Shown here: piece after piece, positions 43,344 to 53,303 of the stretch
How the letters are laid out: each line of letters starts with the position of its first letter
How positions within the stretch are numbered: position 1 is the first letter of the stretch
NCBI GenBank assembly: GCA_963751345.1
Contig: CAVVUS010000038.1
Location: forward strand, 68,582 to 132,581
Length of the DNA: 64,000 nt
Direction: 5' to 3'
Source of the DNA: an uncultured Chloroflexia bacterium
GTDB taxonomy: Bacteria > Chloroflexota > Anaerolineae > B4-G1 > SLSP01
Made by a program: the position numbers and the translations under genes
Notes under the pieces: generated by a model
Database searches by the model: none
What the model saw: the letters and a program-made list of their open reading frames with translations, nothing else
Told to the model about the DNA's origin: nothing

Positions 43344-45230
43344 ATGTACGGTTACCACGGAAAGATACTTCATATTAACCTTACAAATCGAAAGACCTGG
43401 ACAGAGGAGAAGCCCGAGTCCTGGTACAAGACGTATATCGGTGGTGTATCGATGGCCTCGCGGCTGCTGTGGGAGAACATCGAGCCAGGCTGCGATCCCC
43501 TCTCGCCTGGCAATCCTATCTGTGTGGCCAACGGAATCTTCTCCGGCACGCCGGTGCCGGTCGGAGGGAAGTATGGTCTGGCATCAAAGTCGCCATTGAC
43601 GGGGTGGGTGGGTGATAGCTTGTCAGGAAGCTGGTTCTCAGTGGCCCTGAAGCGCACGGGCTGGGATGGCATCGTGATCCATGGAGCCAGCGACAGCTGG
43701 GTGAACGTGCTGGTGGACGATGGACGTGTGCTGTTCAGGCGCGCGGACAAATACCTCGGAATGGGCACATTCGAGACGGAGGAGGCCATCCGCGACGACC
43801 TCACCGATGACCAGGTCAGGTCGGCAACCATCGGGCCCGCGGGGGAGAACGGCGTGCTCTTTGCTAACGTCACCAACGACGGGCGGCAGGCAGGGCGCAC
43901 CGGGCACGGGGCGGTGTGGGGCAGCAAGAAGCTAAAGGCCCTGTCGGTACGGGGAACGCAAGGCGTGCGGGTTGCCGATCCGGACACGTTGATGAAGCTG
44001 TCGTTTGAGATCATCGAGGCTTCCCAGGGGCCCCATACCGCAAAGTACCGGATCCTGGGTACCTCAACCAACGTCCTCAACATGAACACCCTCGGCCTGC
44101 TTCCAACCCGCAACTACCAGGAAGGCGTCTTTGAGGGCGCCGAGAGCGTGAGCGGTGAGTACCTTGAGGAACACCACAAGGTGAAGAAGATTGCGTGTGC
44201 GCAGTGCCCCATCGCCTGCGAGCAGGTGTCGGCGGCTAAGCCCGGGCTCTTTGCAGGTGCGATGACCGGCATCGAGTACGAATGCCTCTTTGCCAACGGT
44301 CCCAACTGCGGCATCAGCGATATGAACGCTATCATCAAGATGATCGATACCTGCGATCGTGCCGGTATGGATGCGATGAGCAGCGGCGTGACGGTCTCGT
44401 GGACCATGGAGTCGTATGAGCGAGGCGTGCTGAAAAAAGAGGATTTCGTATGCGAGCGATTCCCCGAAGGCTTCGAACCGACCTTCGGGAACGGTGAGGC
44501 GGCCGTGGCTGTGACCGAGATGATCCGCGACCGGGAGGGCATCGGTGCACTGCTGTCGCTGGGCGTGATGCGCGCCAGCGCTCAGATCGACAACGAGCGT
44601 GGTTCGGAATCGTACAAGTGGGCCATGCACGTGAAGGGCCTCGAGAACCCCGGCTATGATGCGCGAGGCCTCAAGACTTTTGCGCTTGGGCTGGCGGTCG
44701 GGACTCGCGGCGGTTGTCACAATCGGACGGCAGCCTACGATCCCGACATCAAGGGGCAGGTCGATCGCTTCTCCGTGGATGAGACACGTGGCGCGTTGGC
44801 CAAGGACACGGAGGAGTACGCAGCCGTGTACGATACGCTGCCGCTATGCAAGTTCATCCGCCGCTGCTTCACCGGGAAGGCCGACCGCGCGGGGGCCTGG
44901 CCAACAATTGCGGCACTGATCAACGCCACGACCGGCTGGGATTTCGAGTATGCGGACGTGGACCTGATCGGCGAGCGCGCCTTCACGATCAAGAAAGCGT
45001 TCAACATCCGGGAGGGCTGGAGGCGAGAGGACGACGTCCTCAACTACCGCTGGCATCATGACCCGATGACCAAAGGGCCATCGGCCGGGCACATTGTGTC
45101 CGAGGAAGACCTCGAATATATGAAGGACCTCTACTACGAGGCCAAGGGCTGGACGCAGGACGGCCTGATACCGAAATCTAAGCTGGTCGCCCTGGGGATG
45201 GCGGACGTGGCCGAAGAGATCGGCGTCTAG
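43344..45230 (+). CDS. Aldehyde:ferredoxin oxidoreductase (AOR/WOR tungstoenzyme family)
   Basis: KSPLTG, IGPAGEN, AGRTG.GAVWGSKKLKA, CAQCPIAC, EYE, D..GMD.MSSG, HVKGLE.PGYD.R, RGGCH, LCKF. Confidence 0.93.
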   Translation: MYGYHGKILHINLTNRKTWTEEKPESWYKTYIGGVSMASRLLWENIEPGCDPLSPGNPICVANGIFSGTPVPVGGKYGLASKSPLTGWVGDSLSGSWFSVALKRTGWDGIVIHGASDSWVNVLVDDGRVLFRRADKYLGMGTFETEEAIRDDLTDDQVRSATIGPAGENGVLFANVTNDGRQAGRTGHGAVWGSKKLKALSVRGTQGVRVADPDTLMKLSFEIIEASQGPHTAKYRILGTSTNVLNMNTLGLLPTRNYQEGVFEGAESVSGEYLEEHHKVKKIACAQCPIACEQVSAAKPGLFAGAMTGIEYECLFANGPNCGISDMNAIIKMIDTCDRAGMDAMSSGVTVSWTMESYERGVLKKEDFVCERFPEGFEPTFGNGEAAVAVTEMIRDREGIGALLSLGVMRASAQIDNERGSESYKWAMHVKGLENPGYDARGLKTFALGLAVGTRGGCHNRTAAYDPDIKGQVDRFSVDETRGALAKDTEEYAAVYDTLPLCKFIRRCFTGKADRAGAWPTIAALINATTGWDFEYADVDLIGERAFTIKKAFNIREGWRREDDVLNYRWHHDPMTKGPSAGHIVSEEDLEYMKDLYYEAKGWTQDGLIPKSKLVALGMADVAEEIGV

Positions 45231-45261
45231 GGTCCAGCAATGAGAGAAGGAGGCAAGAGCT

Positions 45262-45750
45262 ATGGTTAGCTCAACTTCGAGATACAAGTACATCACCTGT
45301 GACCCGGAGAAGTGCATCGGATGCCAGCTCTGTGAATACGTCTGCTCCTACACCAAGACGGGCGAGTACAATACCTATCGCAGCCGCATTCGCACAGTGC
45401 GCGTGGATGAGATCCTGATTACGGCCATTGCCTGCAGGACCTGCGAGAACGCTCCCTGTGTCACGGTCTGTACTCGTGATGCACTGGAGCAGGATGACGT
45501 CACCGGATTGATCAGCATCGACGCGGACCTCTGTGATGGATGCGCTTGGTGTATCGAGGCGTGCGACTTCGGCGCCATCTCCATCAATCCCCTGACGAAG
45601 CTCGCCGAGATCTGCGACCAGTGTGTGGATGAGGAAGAGGGGCCGCAGTGTGTGCTGTGGTGCCCGAAGGACGCCCTGGAGCTGACGACGCCCGACCAGC
45701 GGGCCCAGCGCGCGAGGCGCAGACTGATAACTGACGAAGCATTGCGGTGA
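45262..45750 (+). CDS. 4x[4Fe-4S] ferredoxin-like subunit (AOR partner, DmsB/HydN-like)
   Basis: CIGCQLCEYVC, CRTCENAPCVTVC, CDGCAWCIEAC, CDQC...PQCVLWCP. Confidence 0.9.
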   Translation: MVSSTSRYKYITCDPEKCIGCQLCEYVCSYTKTGEYNTYRSRIRTVRVDEILITAIACRTCENAPCVTVCTRDALEQDDVTGLISIDADLCDGCAWCIEACDFGAISINPLTKLAEICDQCVDEEEGPQCVLWCPKDALELTTPDQRAQRARRRLITDEALR

Positions 45751-45807
45751 TTGTATTGCGCCGCCGACTCGATGCCAGCTCTGTAATAATGCGTGAGGAG
45801 CTTTGTT

Positions 45808-48414
45808 GTGCCAGATAAGCTACCCCCCCCAGCGGACAGCCATGCTGCCGTGAACAGCCGGCCGGATGAAGATCTCAGAATCGGTGTCTACGTATGCCAC
45901 TGCGGCTCGAACATTGCCAGTGTGGTTACGCCCTCGGAGGTTGTCGACTACGCTCACACATTGCCGGGCGTCGTCATCGCCAAGGAGCATCGCTATATGT
46001 GTTCGGACCCTGGACAGGGCCTGATCCAGGGCGATATCGAGGAGTACGGTCTCAATCGGGTGGTGGTCGCCGCCTGCAGCGTCGCGATGCATGAACCGAC
46101 TTTTCGTTCCTGCATCGCGGACGCCGGTCTCAACCCCTTCTTGTTCGAGATGGCCAACATCCGCGAGCACGATTCGTGGGTTCACTCTCACGAGAAAGAG
46201 GCTGCCCTCGGCAAGGCCAAAGAGATTGTCTCTTCTGCAGTGGCCAAGGTAAGCCATGTCCAGCCGCTCGAGATGTTTGACGTGCCGGTGACCCGACGCG
46301 CGATGGTGATCGGCGGCGGGATCGCAGGGATCAGCGCGGCTCTGGATTTGGCAGATATGCAGATCGAGACGTACCTGGTGGAGAAGTCGCCGACCATCGG
46401 TGGCAGGATGGCCCAGTTGGACAAGACATTCCCGACAATGGATTGCTCGATCTGCATCGAGGCGCCGAAGATGGTCGACGTCGGGAAGAACCAGTTTATA
46501 CACCTCCTGACCTACTCAGAGGTCAAGGAAGTGAACGGCTACATCGGCAATTTCAACGTCAAGGTGGAGCGCAGGCCGCGATACGTCCTACTGGACCGCT
46601 GCACCGGCTGTGGCCTGTGTGCCGAGGTGTGCCCGGTCGACGTCCCCAACGATTTCGAGGAGGGATTGGGATCGCGCAAGGCCATCTACGTACCGATGGC
46701 TCAGGCGGTACCCTCTATCTACACCATCGATCGCGATGCTTGCATCGAATGCTACAAGTGTGTAGACGCCTGCGGCTCACTGGAGGCCATCAACTTCGCG
46801 GAGGAACCGGAGATCATCGATCTCGACATCGGAACGATCATTGTCGCCACGGGGTACGATACCTGGGATCCCACGCCTATCGAGGAATATGGCTTCGGGC
46901 TCTACGACAACGTGACGACGATGATGGAGATCGAGCGCCTGCACTGCGCAGGTGGGCCCACGGTTGGGGATTTCATCCGGCCCTCGGATGGAATGCAGCC
47001 GAAGCGGTTGGGGCTCATCCAGTGCGTCGGATCGCGTGACAAGCGCTACAACGAGTACTGCAGCGGCTTCTGCTGCATGTATACGATCAAGAATGCGATG
47101 CTCCTCAAGTGGCTGTATCCCGAGATGGATATCACGATCTTCAGAATCGACATTCGCACGCCGGGCAAGACCTACGAGGAGTTCTACGAGCGGGCGCGGG
47201 GCGCGGGGATTCATTTTGTCCAGGGGCGACCTGCCGAGATCCGCGAGGTGCCTGGCACCGGGAACCTGATTGTGAGAGCGGACAACGCAAGCCTGGGGCG
47301 ACCGGTGGAATACGAGTTCGACATGGTGGGTCTATCGACGGCTGCGATTGCCTCTGATGGCTCCGTGGATCTGGCCCGCGTGTTGACGGTGCCGACGGAC
47401 AGCCACGGCTTCTTCATGGAGTCCCACCCAAAACTCAAGCCGATCGACACGCCAACGGAGGGCATCTTCCTTGCCGGTGCGGCGCAGGGGCCCAAGGATA
47501 TCCCATTGAGCGTCGGTCAGGGAAGCGGTGCTGCGGGTCGCGCTGCGCGCGTGCTCTCACACGACACCTGGGAAATCGACCCCATCGTAGCCTACGTCTA
47601 TCCGGAGCGGTGCATCAACGCACGCGGGGGAAAGTGTACGATCTGCTATGACGCTTGCCCTTACGGCGCGATTGACAACCGTCCCGGCTCCGGAGAGGCC
47701 ACGCGCATCGTTCCGGCAAAGTGTCACGGCTGCGGGACTTGCGTGGCCGAATGCCCACAGAACGCGATTACCCAGCATCACTTTACCGACGGACAGATCT
47801 TGGCGCAGATCCACGCGCTTCTCGCCGATCGGCCCGAGGAGAAGGTGCTGGCATTCACCTGCCGGTGGTGTAGTGGAATGGGAGCGGACAATGCCGGCGT
47901 GAGCCACTTCGAATATCCGGCGAACACGCGCAATATCATGGTGATGTGCGCGGGGCGAGTGGATCGCGACTTCGTGATGGAGGCGTTCCGCCTCGGCGCG
48001 GGAGCCGTCCTGGTCTCCGGATGTCACCCTCAGGACTGCCACTACATCGACGGACGCCAGCATGCAGAGGATCGCATGAGCAAGCTGGCAGTACAGCTTG
48101 ACAAGCTGGGCATTTCCGAAGGGCGCTTCCGGTTGGAGTCAGTTTCGGCGACGGAGGGCGCAAAGTGGTCGCGCATTATGCGTGAGATGAGTGACCGGGT
48201 GCACGAGTTGGGCGTCGGGCAGATAGCCGCCGAGACCGATGCAGCCCGCCCACAGCTCACGCGTTTCCTGCGGCGAATGGGAGAGGTCCCCGGCGTCGCC
48301 GAGGTGCTTCGCCTCAGCGAGGCGGAAAGGTTGCACGGTATCGGCGCCCCCAGTGCGGCGAACCCGGTGACGCATGACATCAAGCAGCCCAGCCCCGTGG
48401 CAGGAGGTGAGTAG
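45808..48414 (+). CDS. hdrA: Heterodisulfide reductase subunit A fused to an MvhD [2Fe-2S] domain
   Basis: GVYVCHCG.NI, ANIREH.SWVH, IGGGIAG, LDKTFPTMDCSIC, QCVGSRD..YCSGFCCMY, GPKDI, ferredoxin inserts; C-terminal FTCRWC, MCAGRV, SGCHPQDCHY. Confidence 0.93.
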   Translation: MPDKLPPPADSHAAVNSRPDEDLRIGVYVCHCGSNIASVVTPSEVVDYAHTLPGVVIAKEHRYMCSDPGQGLIQGDIEEYGLNRVVVAACSVAMHEPTFRSCIADAGLNPFLFEMANIREHDSWVHSHEKEAALGKAKEIVSSAVAKVSHVQPLEMFDVPVTRRAMVIGGGIAGISAALDLADMQIETYLVEKSPTIGGRMAQLDKTFPTMDCSICIEAPKMVDVGKNQFIHLLTYSEVKEVNGYIGNFNVKVERRPRYVLLDRCTGCGLCAEVCPVDVPNDFEEGLGSRKAIYVPMAQAVPSIYTIDRDACIECYKCVDACGSLEAINFAEEPEIIDLDIGTIIVATGYDTWDPTPIEEYGFGLYDNVTTMMEIERLHCAGGPTVGDFIRPSDGMQPKRLGLIQCVGSRDKRYNEYCSGFCCMYTIKNAMLLKWLYPEMDITIFRIDIRTPGKTYEEFYERARGAGIHFVQGRPAEIREVPGTGNLIVRADNASLGRPVEYEFDMVGLSTAAIASDGSVDLARVLTVPTDSHGFFMESHPKLKPIDTPTEGIFLAGAAQGPKDIPLSVGQGSGAAGRAARVLSHDTWEIDPIVAYVYPERCINARGGKCTICYDACPYGAIDNRPGSGEATRIVPAKCHGCGTCVAECPQNAITQHHFTDGQILAQIHALLADRPEEKVLAFTCRWCSGMGADNAGVSHFEYPANTRNIMVMCAGRVDRDFVMEAFRLGAGAVLVSGCHPQDCHYIDGRQHAEDRMSKLAVQLDKLGISEGRFRLESVSATEGAKWSRIMREMSDRVHELGVGQIAAETDAARPQLTRFLRRMGEVPGVAEVLRLSEAERLHGIGAPSAANPVTHDIKQPSPVAGGE

Positions 48415-49208
48415 TGGCAGCCCATAGTCAGGACGTGCTGAACCCCTTCCTAGCCGAGGTGCTTGAGACTCAAGGGGGACGTCTGGTGCAGCAGTGCTAT
48501 CAATGTGGTACCTGCTCCGGCTCCTGTCCCGTTATCGACGATATGGCATATGGCCCGCGACGCATCATGCATATGATCCAGGCAGGGATGGAGGCTGAGG
48601 TTCTCAGCAGCAAAGACATGTGGCGTTGTGTCTCGTGCTACTCCTGCGCAAATCGCTGTCCTCGCGAGATCGAGATCACGGATCTGATGGCCGACCTCCG
48701 GCGTATGTCCGTAGCGAAAGGTTACGCCCACGACAAGGAGGCGGAGTTCGGTGAGGCTTTCGCCCAGACGGTCCAGGTTCACGGGAGGCTCTTCGAGCCG
48801 GAGCTTCTGACGCGGTACTATGCGCGCGTGCTCGACGTGGCGAGCCTCGCCGGGATGGTGCCCCTGGGTCTCAAGATGCTGCTCAAGGGCAAGCTGCCCT
48901 TTGTGCCTGAGCGTGTGGAGGATCCGGGTGAGATCGCGGCTATCGGCGTCGTGGCCTCGACGCAGCCGAAGTTCGCGTCGGGCCTCCGGGGTGGGCGTCC
49001 TTCCTCCCCCGCGCGGCATAGCAGTTACTATGCTTCCGAGGCGGGTGGGGAGAAGTCAGGAGAATCTTGGCGCCTTCTTGGTGGCGTGCTTGGCGGGGCG
49101 CTGGTCACGCTGCTTGCCGGGCTGCTGCTAGGAGCTGGCGGCCGGGTACGCCCTGAGCGAAGCCTCAGGACACGCCCTGAGCGAAGCCGAAGTAGAGGGA
49201 GAACCTGA
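48414..49208 (+). CDS. hdrC: Heterodisulfide reductase subunit C with C-terminal extension
   Basis: CYQCGTCSGSCP, PRRIM, WRCVSCYSCANRCPREI; overlaps hdrA and hdrB. Confidence 0.88.
   Translation: MAAHSQDVLNPFLAEVLETQGGRLVQQCYQCGTCSGSCPVIDDMAYGPRRIMHMIQAGMEAEVLSSKDMWRCVSCYSCANRCPREIEITDLMADLRRMSVAKGYAHDKEAEFGEAFAQTVQVHGRLFEPELLTRYYARVLDVASLAGMVPLGLKMLLKGKLPFVPERVEDPGEIAAIGVVASTQPKFASGLRGGRPSSPARHSSYYASEAGGEKSGESWRLLGGVLGGALVTLLAGLLLGAGGRVRPERSLRTRPERSRSRGRT
49148..49188. repeat. 17-bp direct repeat (24-bp period), REP-like, in the hdrC 3' end
   Basis: ACGCCCTGAGCGAAGCC at 49148 and 49172; CCTGAG-cgaagc-CTCAGG hairpin. Confidence 0.75.
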
Positions 49209-50089
49209 TGACCACCGTGGCACCCTACGCATATTACCCGGGATGCAGTCTGCTCTCCGGAGCAAAGGAATACGATCATTCGATCCGGGTCGTATTCGCA
49301 CATCTGGGCATCGAACTGGTGGATCTGGAAGACTGGTCGTGCTGTGGCGCCGTCCACGCGGACGTGCATAACCCGGATGGGGCGGTTCTCCTGCCGGCGC
49401 GAAACCTTGCGTTGGCAGAATCACAGGGCATGGACCGCATACTGGCGCCGTGCAGCGGCTGCTACCGCAATCTGCGTCGCGCCAGCAAGCGGGTGGCCTC
49501 AGACAAGGCGATGCGGCTTAAGGTCAATGACCACCTGAAGGAAGGCCTGGCACTGACCACGGATGTCGAGGTCATGCACCCGCTCTATGTGCTCCTCAAC
49601 GAATATGGCCTCGATGGGGTGAAGGCCCTGGTGACCCGTCCCCTCGAGGGGCTGCGGGTCGCATCCTACTATGGCTGCATGCTGACGCGGCCAAAGGACC
49701 GGTTTGATAGCCCCGAACGGCCCATCGGCCTGGATCATCTCGTCCACGTGCTGGGCGCTGAGATCGTCGACTATCCGATGAAGGCGAAGTGCTGCGGTGG
49801 GGCGATGGCACTCTCTCACAGTGAGGTGACCGCCCGCCTGACCGGCAACGTCCTGTTGTCGGCGAAGGAATCTCAGGCGGACATCGTGACCCTGGCATGC
49901 CCCATGTGTCATACGGCGCTGGACGCCTACCAATCCAAGGCCGAGCGGGCGCTACACCGCTCCCTGGATCTTCCGGTCGTCTACTTCACACAATTGATGG
50001 GGTTGGCGTTCGGGCTCGATCCCACGTCGCTGGGTTTCGAACGGCATATGGTGTCGCCTCAGCCCCAATTGGCACGCCTAGGCTTCTGA
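49208..50089 (+). CDS. hdrB: Heterodisulfide reductase subunit B
   Basis: YYPGC, DWSCCGA, PCSGCY, YYGC, KCCGG, ACPMC..LD.YQ, LPVVYFTQLMGLA (two CCG domains). Confidence 0.93.
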   Translation: MTTVAPYAYYPGCSLLSGAKEYDHSIRVVFAHLGIELVDLEDWSCCGAVHADVHNPDGAVLLPARNLALAESQGMDRILAPCSGCYRNLRRASKRVASDKAMRLKVNDHLKEGLALTTDVEVMHPLYVLLNEYGLDGVKALVTRPLEGLRVASYYGCMLTRPKDRFDSPERPIGLDHLVHVLGAEIVDYPMKAKCCGGAMALSHSEVTARLTGNVLLSAKESQADIVTLACPMCHTALDAYQSKAERALHRSLDLPVVYFTQLMGLAFGLDPTSLGFERHMVSPQPQLARLGF

Positions 50090-50098
50090 GGAGTTGGG

Positions 50099-51122
50099 AT
50101 GAAACGTGGAACAACGCTGAAACGTCGAACCGAACAGACGTTGACCCTGGAACGCAAGATGGTGACCCATCACGACGTGCTCCAATGGGATCTGGATCGA
50201 TGTGTGGGGTGCCAGCTCGGGCCCAAGGTCTGTCCCAAGGATGCGCTATCACACGTCGGCGGAGCCGTTGTCGAGGGTCGTCTCGCGACCAAGCTTTTGG
50301 TAGACGTCGACACCGAGAAGTGCGTCTTCTGCGGCATGTGCGTGGCGATGTGCCCCGTCAACGCGATCTCGATGACGCTGGACGGCGAGTCACACGTACC
50401 CGTTCAGGCCTATGAGGCCTTCCCGCTCCTGATCGAATCGCAGACGTTCGATCCTGACGCATTCGACTGGAGCCTCAAGGACTTTGTGATCGATAACTGT
50501 CCGACCAAACGTGATCAGCTACGATGAGAGCCTGCATACTCTGGCAGTCGATGATGTGCATTGCATCCACTGTCGCCAGTGCGAGGTCGCGAGTGATGGC
50601 GCGTTTCACGTCGAGCAGGCGTGGGAGGGCACGGTCATGCTCAGGCGAGAGGAATGTGTCGAGGGATGCCTGGCCTGCGCCGATATATGCCCCACGCGGG
50701 CGCTCTACGTCGACGATGCGGGCGAGCTCGTGCTTGCCGACTACTACTGTATCAAGTGCGGGGCATGCGTGCAGGTCTGTCCGGTGGAGCCCGTTCTGGA
50801 GACCTATGAGGTTATGCTTCACTCACAGGGCGTCACGCACGTGAAACAGCTAGAGCGCATCGCCAATACTGAGGAGCTCCCCATATGGGTGGAGCGGTGG
50901 CGTGTGCGGCACACCGACGTGCAGAGCGGCGCGTGGGTTGAGGCGCTGGTCAAACTGGCCGATGACAAGGCGATGATGGTCGAGATTGAGCGCAAGCGTG
51001 CGATCAAGCGGCGCGATCTGATTATCGCGCTCAAGGGTGGGAAGAAGCGCCAGGAGCACGAGGAGCGCGAGGCTGCCCGGCACGACGAGCTTCTGCGGGC
51101 ACTGAAGGGTAGTCCGACCTGA
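50099..51122 (+). CDS. Polyferredoxin (FwdF/MvhB-like), frameshift near 50510
   Basis: CVGCQLGPKVCP, CVFCGMCVAMCP, NCP, CIHCRQC, CVEGCLACADICP, CIKCGACVQVCP. Confidence 0.82.
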
Positions 51123-51176
51123 TCGACAGGTTGTAGACAGAGCAGCTTCGGCGGTTCTGCCATGCGAACTCCAATG

Positions 51177-51204
51177 AAGGGGCGGGCTCAGCCCACCCCT
51201 TTTT
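51177..51204 (+). terminator. Intrinsic terminator of the aor-hdr operon
   Basis: AAGGGGCGGGC-TCA-GCCCACCCCTT followed by TTT. Confidence 0.7.
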
Positions 51205-51253
51205 CGTTCCTCGGCAAGCTCATCTATGCTGGATTTGTTCGGGCCAACAAGCG

Positions 51254-51262
51254 TGCTATAAT
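51254..51262 (+). promoter_or_regulatory. Extended -10 promoter of the nuo operon
   Basis: TGCTATAAT, then AGGAGGCGAGGAG RBS and TTG at 51291. Confidence 0.7.
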
Positions 51263-51290
51263 TCCGCCTTGGGATTAGGAGGCGAGGAGC

Positions 51291-51648
51291 TTGATCGATC
51301 CATACGCGCTTGTAGGTATATTTCTGGTCGTCGCCGTCATCTTTGGCGCGGCACCCATCATCCTGGCTTGGCTGGTCAGCCCCAAGAAGCTGAACTCTCG
51401 CAAGATGCAGGTCTATGAGAGCGGTAACCCCACTTTCGGCGAGACCTGGATCGAGTTCAAGCCGCAGTACTATCTGTTCGGGCTGGCGTTTGTTGCGTTT
51501 GATGTTGAGGCCGCGTTCCTGTTTCCCTGGGCTCTGGCATACAATCGAGCTCTCACTCTTTGCCGTCTTCGAGGCAATGGTCTTCCTGGCGCTGCTTGGC
51601 GTAGGCTTGATCTACGTCTGGCGCAAGGGGTGGCTGGAGTGGGTGTAG
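51291..51648 (+). CDS. nuoA: Complex I subunit NuoA, frameshift near 51548
   Basis: K...YESG, YYLFGLAFVAFDVE..FLFPWA, then YVWRKGWLEWV* in the shifted frame. Confidence 0.9.
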
Positions 51649-52780
51649 GAGCGGTTGGCCAGATCCTACTGCGGATTGGCGGCGCCTTCGCGATGGCGCT
51701 CGTCCCCCTGGTTTCGGTGCTCTTCCTCATTTGGGAGGCTCGCAAAGTAATCGCCAGGATGCAGGACCGCCTGGGACCCACGAATGCAGGCACGTATGCA
51801 GGTCCCTACGCGCTCCTTCAGACCTTCGCCGATGGCATCAAGATCCTGACCAAGGAATTGATCATCCCCGAGGGAGCGGACAGAGTCGTCTTCATCGCTG
51901 CGCCGATCGTCGTTGTTGCGGTAGCTATCGCAGTGTGGGCCGTCGTTCCCCTGGGCCCGAGCGGTCTACAGGTCGTGGACCTGAACGTCGGCGCCTTCTA
52001 CGTCGTGGCCATCTCATCGCTGGCCCCTTTCTCGATGATCATGGCCGGATGGAGCTCCCGAAACAAGTACGCCGAGGTCGGCGCGTTCCGGGCGGTGTCG
52101 CAGATCGTCGGATACGAGATTCCCCAGATTCTGGCCCTCTTGATCCCCGTGCTCCTGACCGGATCGCTCTCATTGCAGGACATCGTGCGGGCCCAGACCG
52201 TTCCCTTCGGCCTGGCGGTGCCTCTGGCGGCTCTGATCTACTTCCTCGCGACCGTTGCGGAGGTGGGAGACTGCCCTTCGAGTTGGCCGAGGCCGACTCG
52301 GAGATTGTTGCCGGCTATTTCACCGAGTACAGCGGCATGATGTTTGGCGCGTTCTATCTGGCCGAGTTCATCAACAACTTCACCGCGTCGATCATCTTCA
52401 CCGTGCTGTTCCTTGGCGGTTGGCGGGGGCCTTGGGTGGCGCAAGTCCCACTTCTTGGCCCGGTCTGGCTGTTGCTCAAGTCCTTCGTGGTGTTCAATGT
52501 GCTGATCCTCTTCTGGGCCGCGATGCCGCGGCTCCGGATAGACCAGGTGCTTTCCTTCAACTGGAAGTTCCTGGTGCCCCTGGGTCTGGTCGTGCTGTTG
52601 GCGGTTGCCTTTGTGGACAAGCTGATGGTGGAGGTCGGCATCACGGGGGAGTGGGCGAAATCCGCAGGGCTCCTGGGCACGAATCTGCTGCTCGGAGCCG
52701 TCGTCGTGGGGATTCTGAGTCTCACCGGCCGCCGGATCAAAGAGCGCAAGACTATGCGTGAGCCCGAGGCGGCTCGCTAA
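51639..52780 (+). CDS. nuoH: Complex I subunit NuoH, frameshift near 52270
   Basis: RK..ARMQDRLGP, LQTFADGIK..TKE, NKYA..GAFR...Q..GYE, RLPFELAEADSEIVAGYFTEYSG, PRLRIDQ..WK; GTG start overlaps the nuoA end. Confidence 0.9.
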
Positions 52781-52795
52781 GGTGTAGGGGGCAGC

Positions 52796-53299
52796 GTGTC
52801 TATTTCGTTGAGCGAGATTGTCTTTATCTTCTTTGCTGTGCTCTCCCTTGGCGCCGGCGTGCGCGTTGTGACGAGTCACCGCATATTCCACGCAGCGCTA
52901 TGGTTGATCGGGATGTTCTTCAGTGTAGCTGCTGTCTACATGCTCCTGCAGTCGCCCTTCATGGCCGGCATTCAGTTGTTCATCTACATCGGGGGCGTCG
53001 CCGTGTTGACGGTCATCGCCATTATGGTGACCAAGGGCAACATGCGCCGCGACAAGAAGACATTGGCGAATGGCTGGTCGTCTGCTATCGTGTCCGGCGC
53101 ACTGTTCTTCGTGATGGTCTGGTTTATCGTGCAGTTGCCTCTGCCGGAGGCCCCGACATTCCCCATACTGGATGACGGCATCTCGCTTCTCGGGGCTGCC
53201 CTCGTGGATCCGGGCGGCTATCTGCTTCCGTTCGAGGTGGTGTCTGTTATGCTGCTCGTCGTCCTCATCGGCTCTCTATATCTCGGAAGGGAGCGGTAG
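52796..53299 (+). CDS. nuoJ: Complex I subunit NuoJ
   Basis: HAALWL, QLFIYIGGVAVL, YLLPFEVVS.MLLV.LIG. Confidence 0.9.
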   Translation: MSISLSEIVFIFFAVLSLGAGVRVVTSHRIFHAALWLIGMFFSVAAVYMLLQSPFMAGIQLFIYIGGVAVLTVIAIMVTKGNMRRDKKTLANGWSSAIVSGALFFVMVWFIVQLPLPEAPTFPILDDGISLLGAALVDPGGYLLPFEVVSVMLLVVLIGSLYLGRER

Positions 53300-53303
53300 C
53301 CCT

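Noticed and set aside
45808-50089. Selenocysteine or stop-codon recoding in Hdr/MvhD
   Set aside because: All expected Cys positions use Cys codons and there is no in-frame TGA
51291-52340. Apparent NuoA-NuoH fusion ORF (349 aa)
   Set aside because: Produced by the frameshift near 51548; the true NuoA C-terminus (YVWRKGWLEWV*) is intact in another frame
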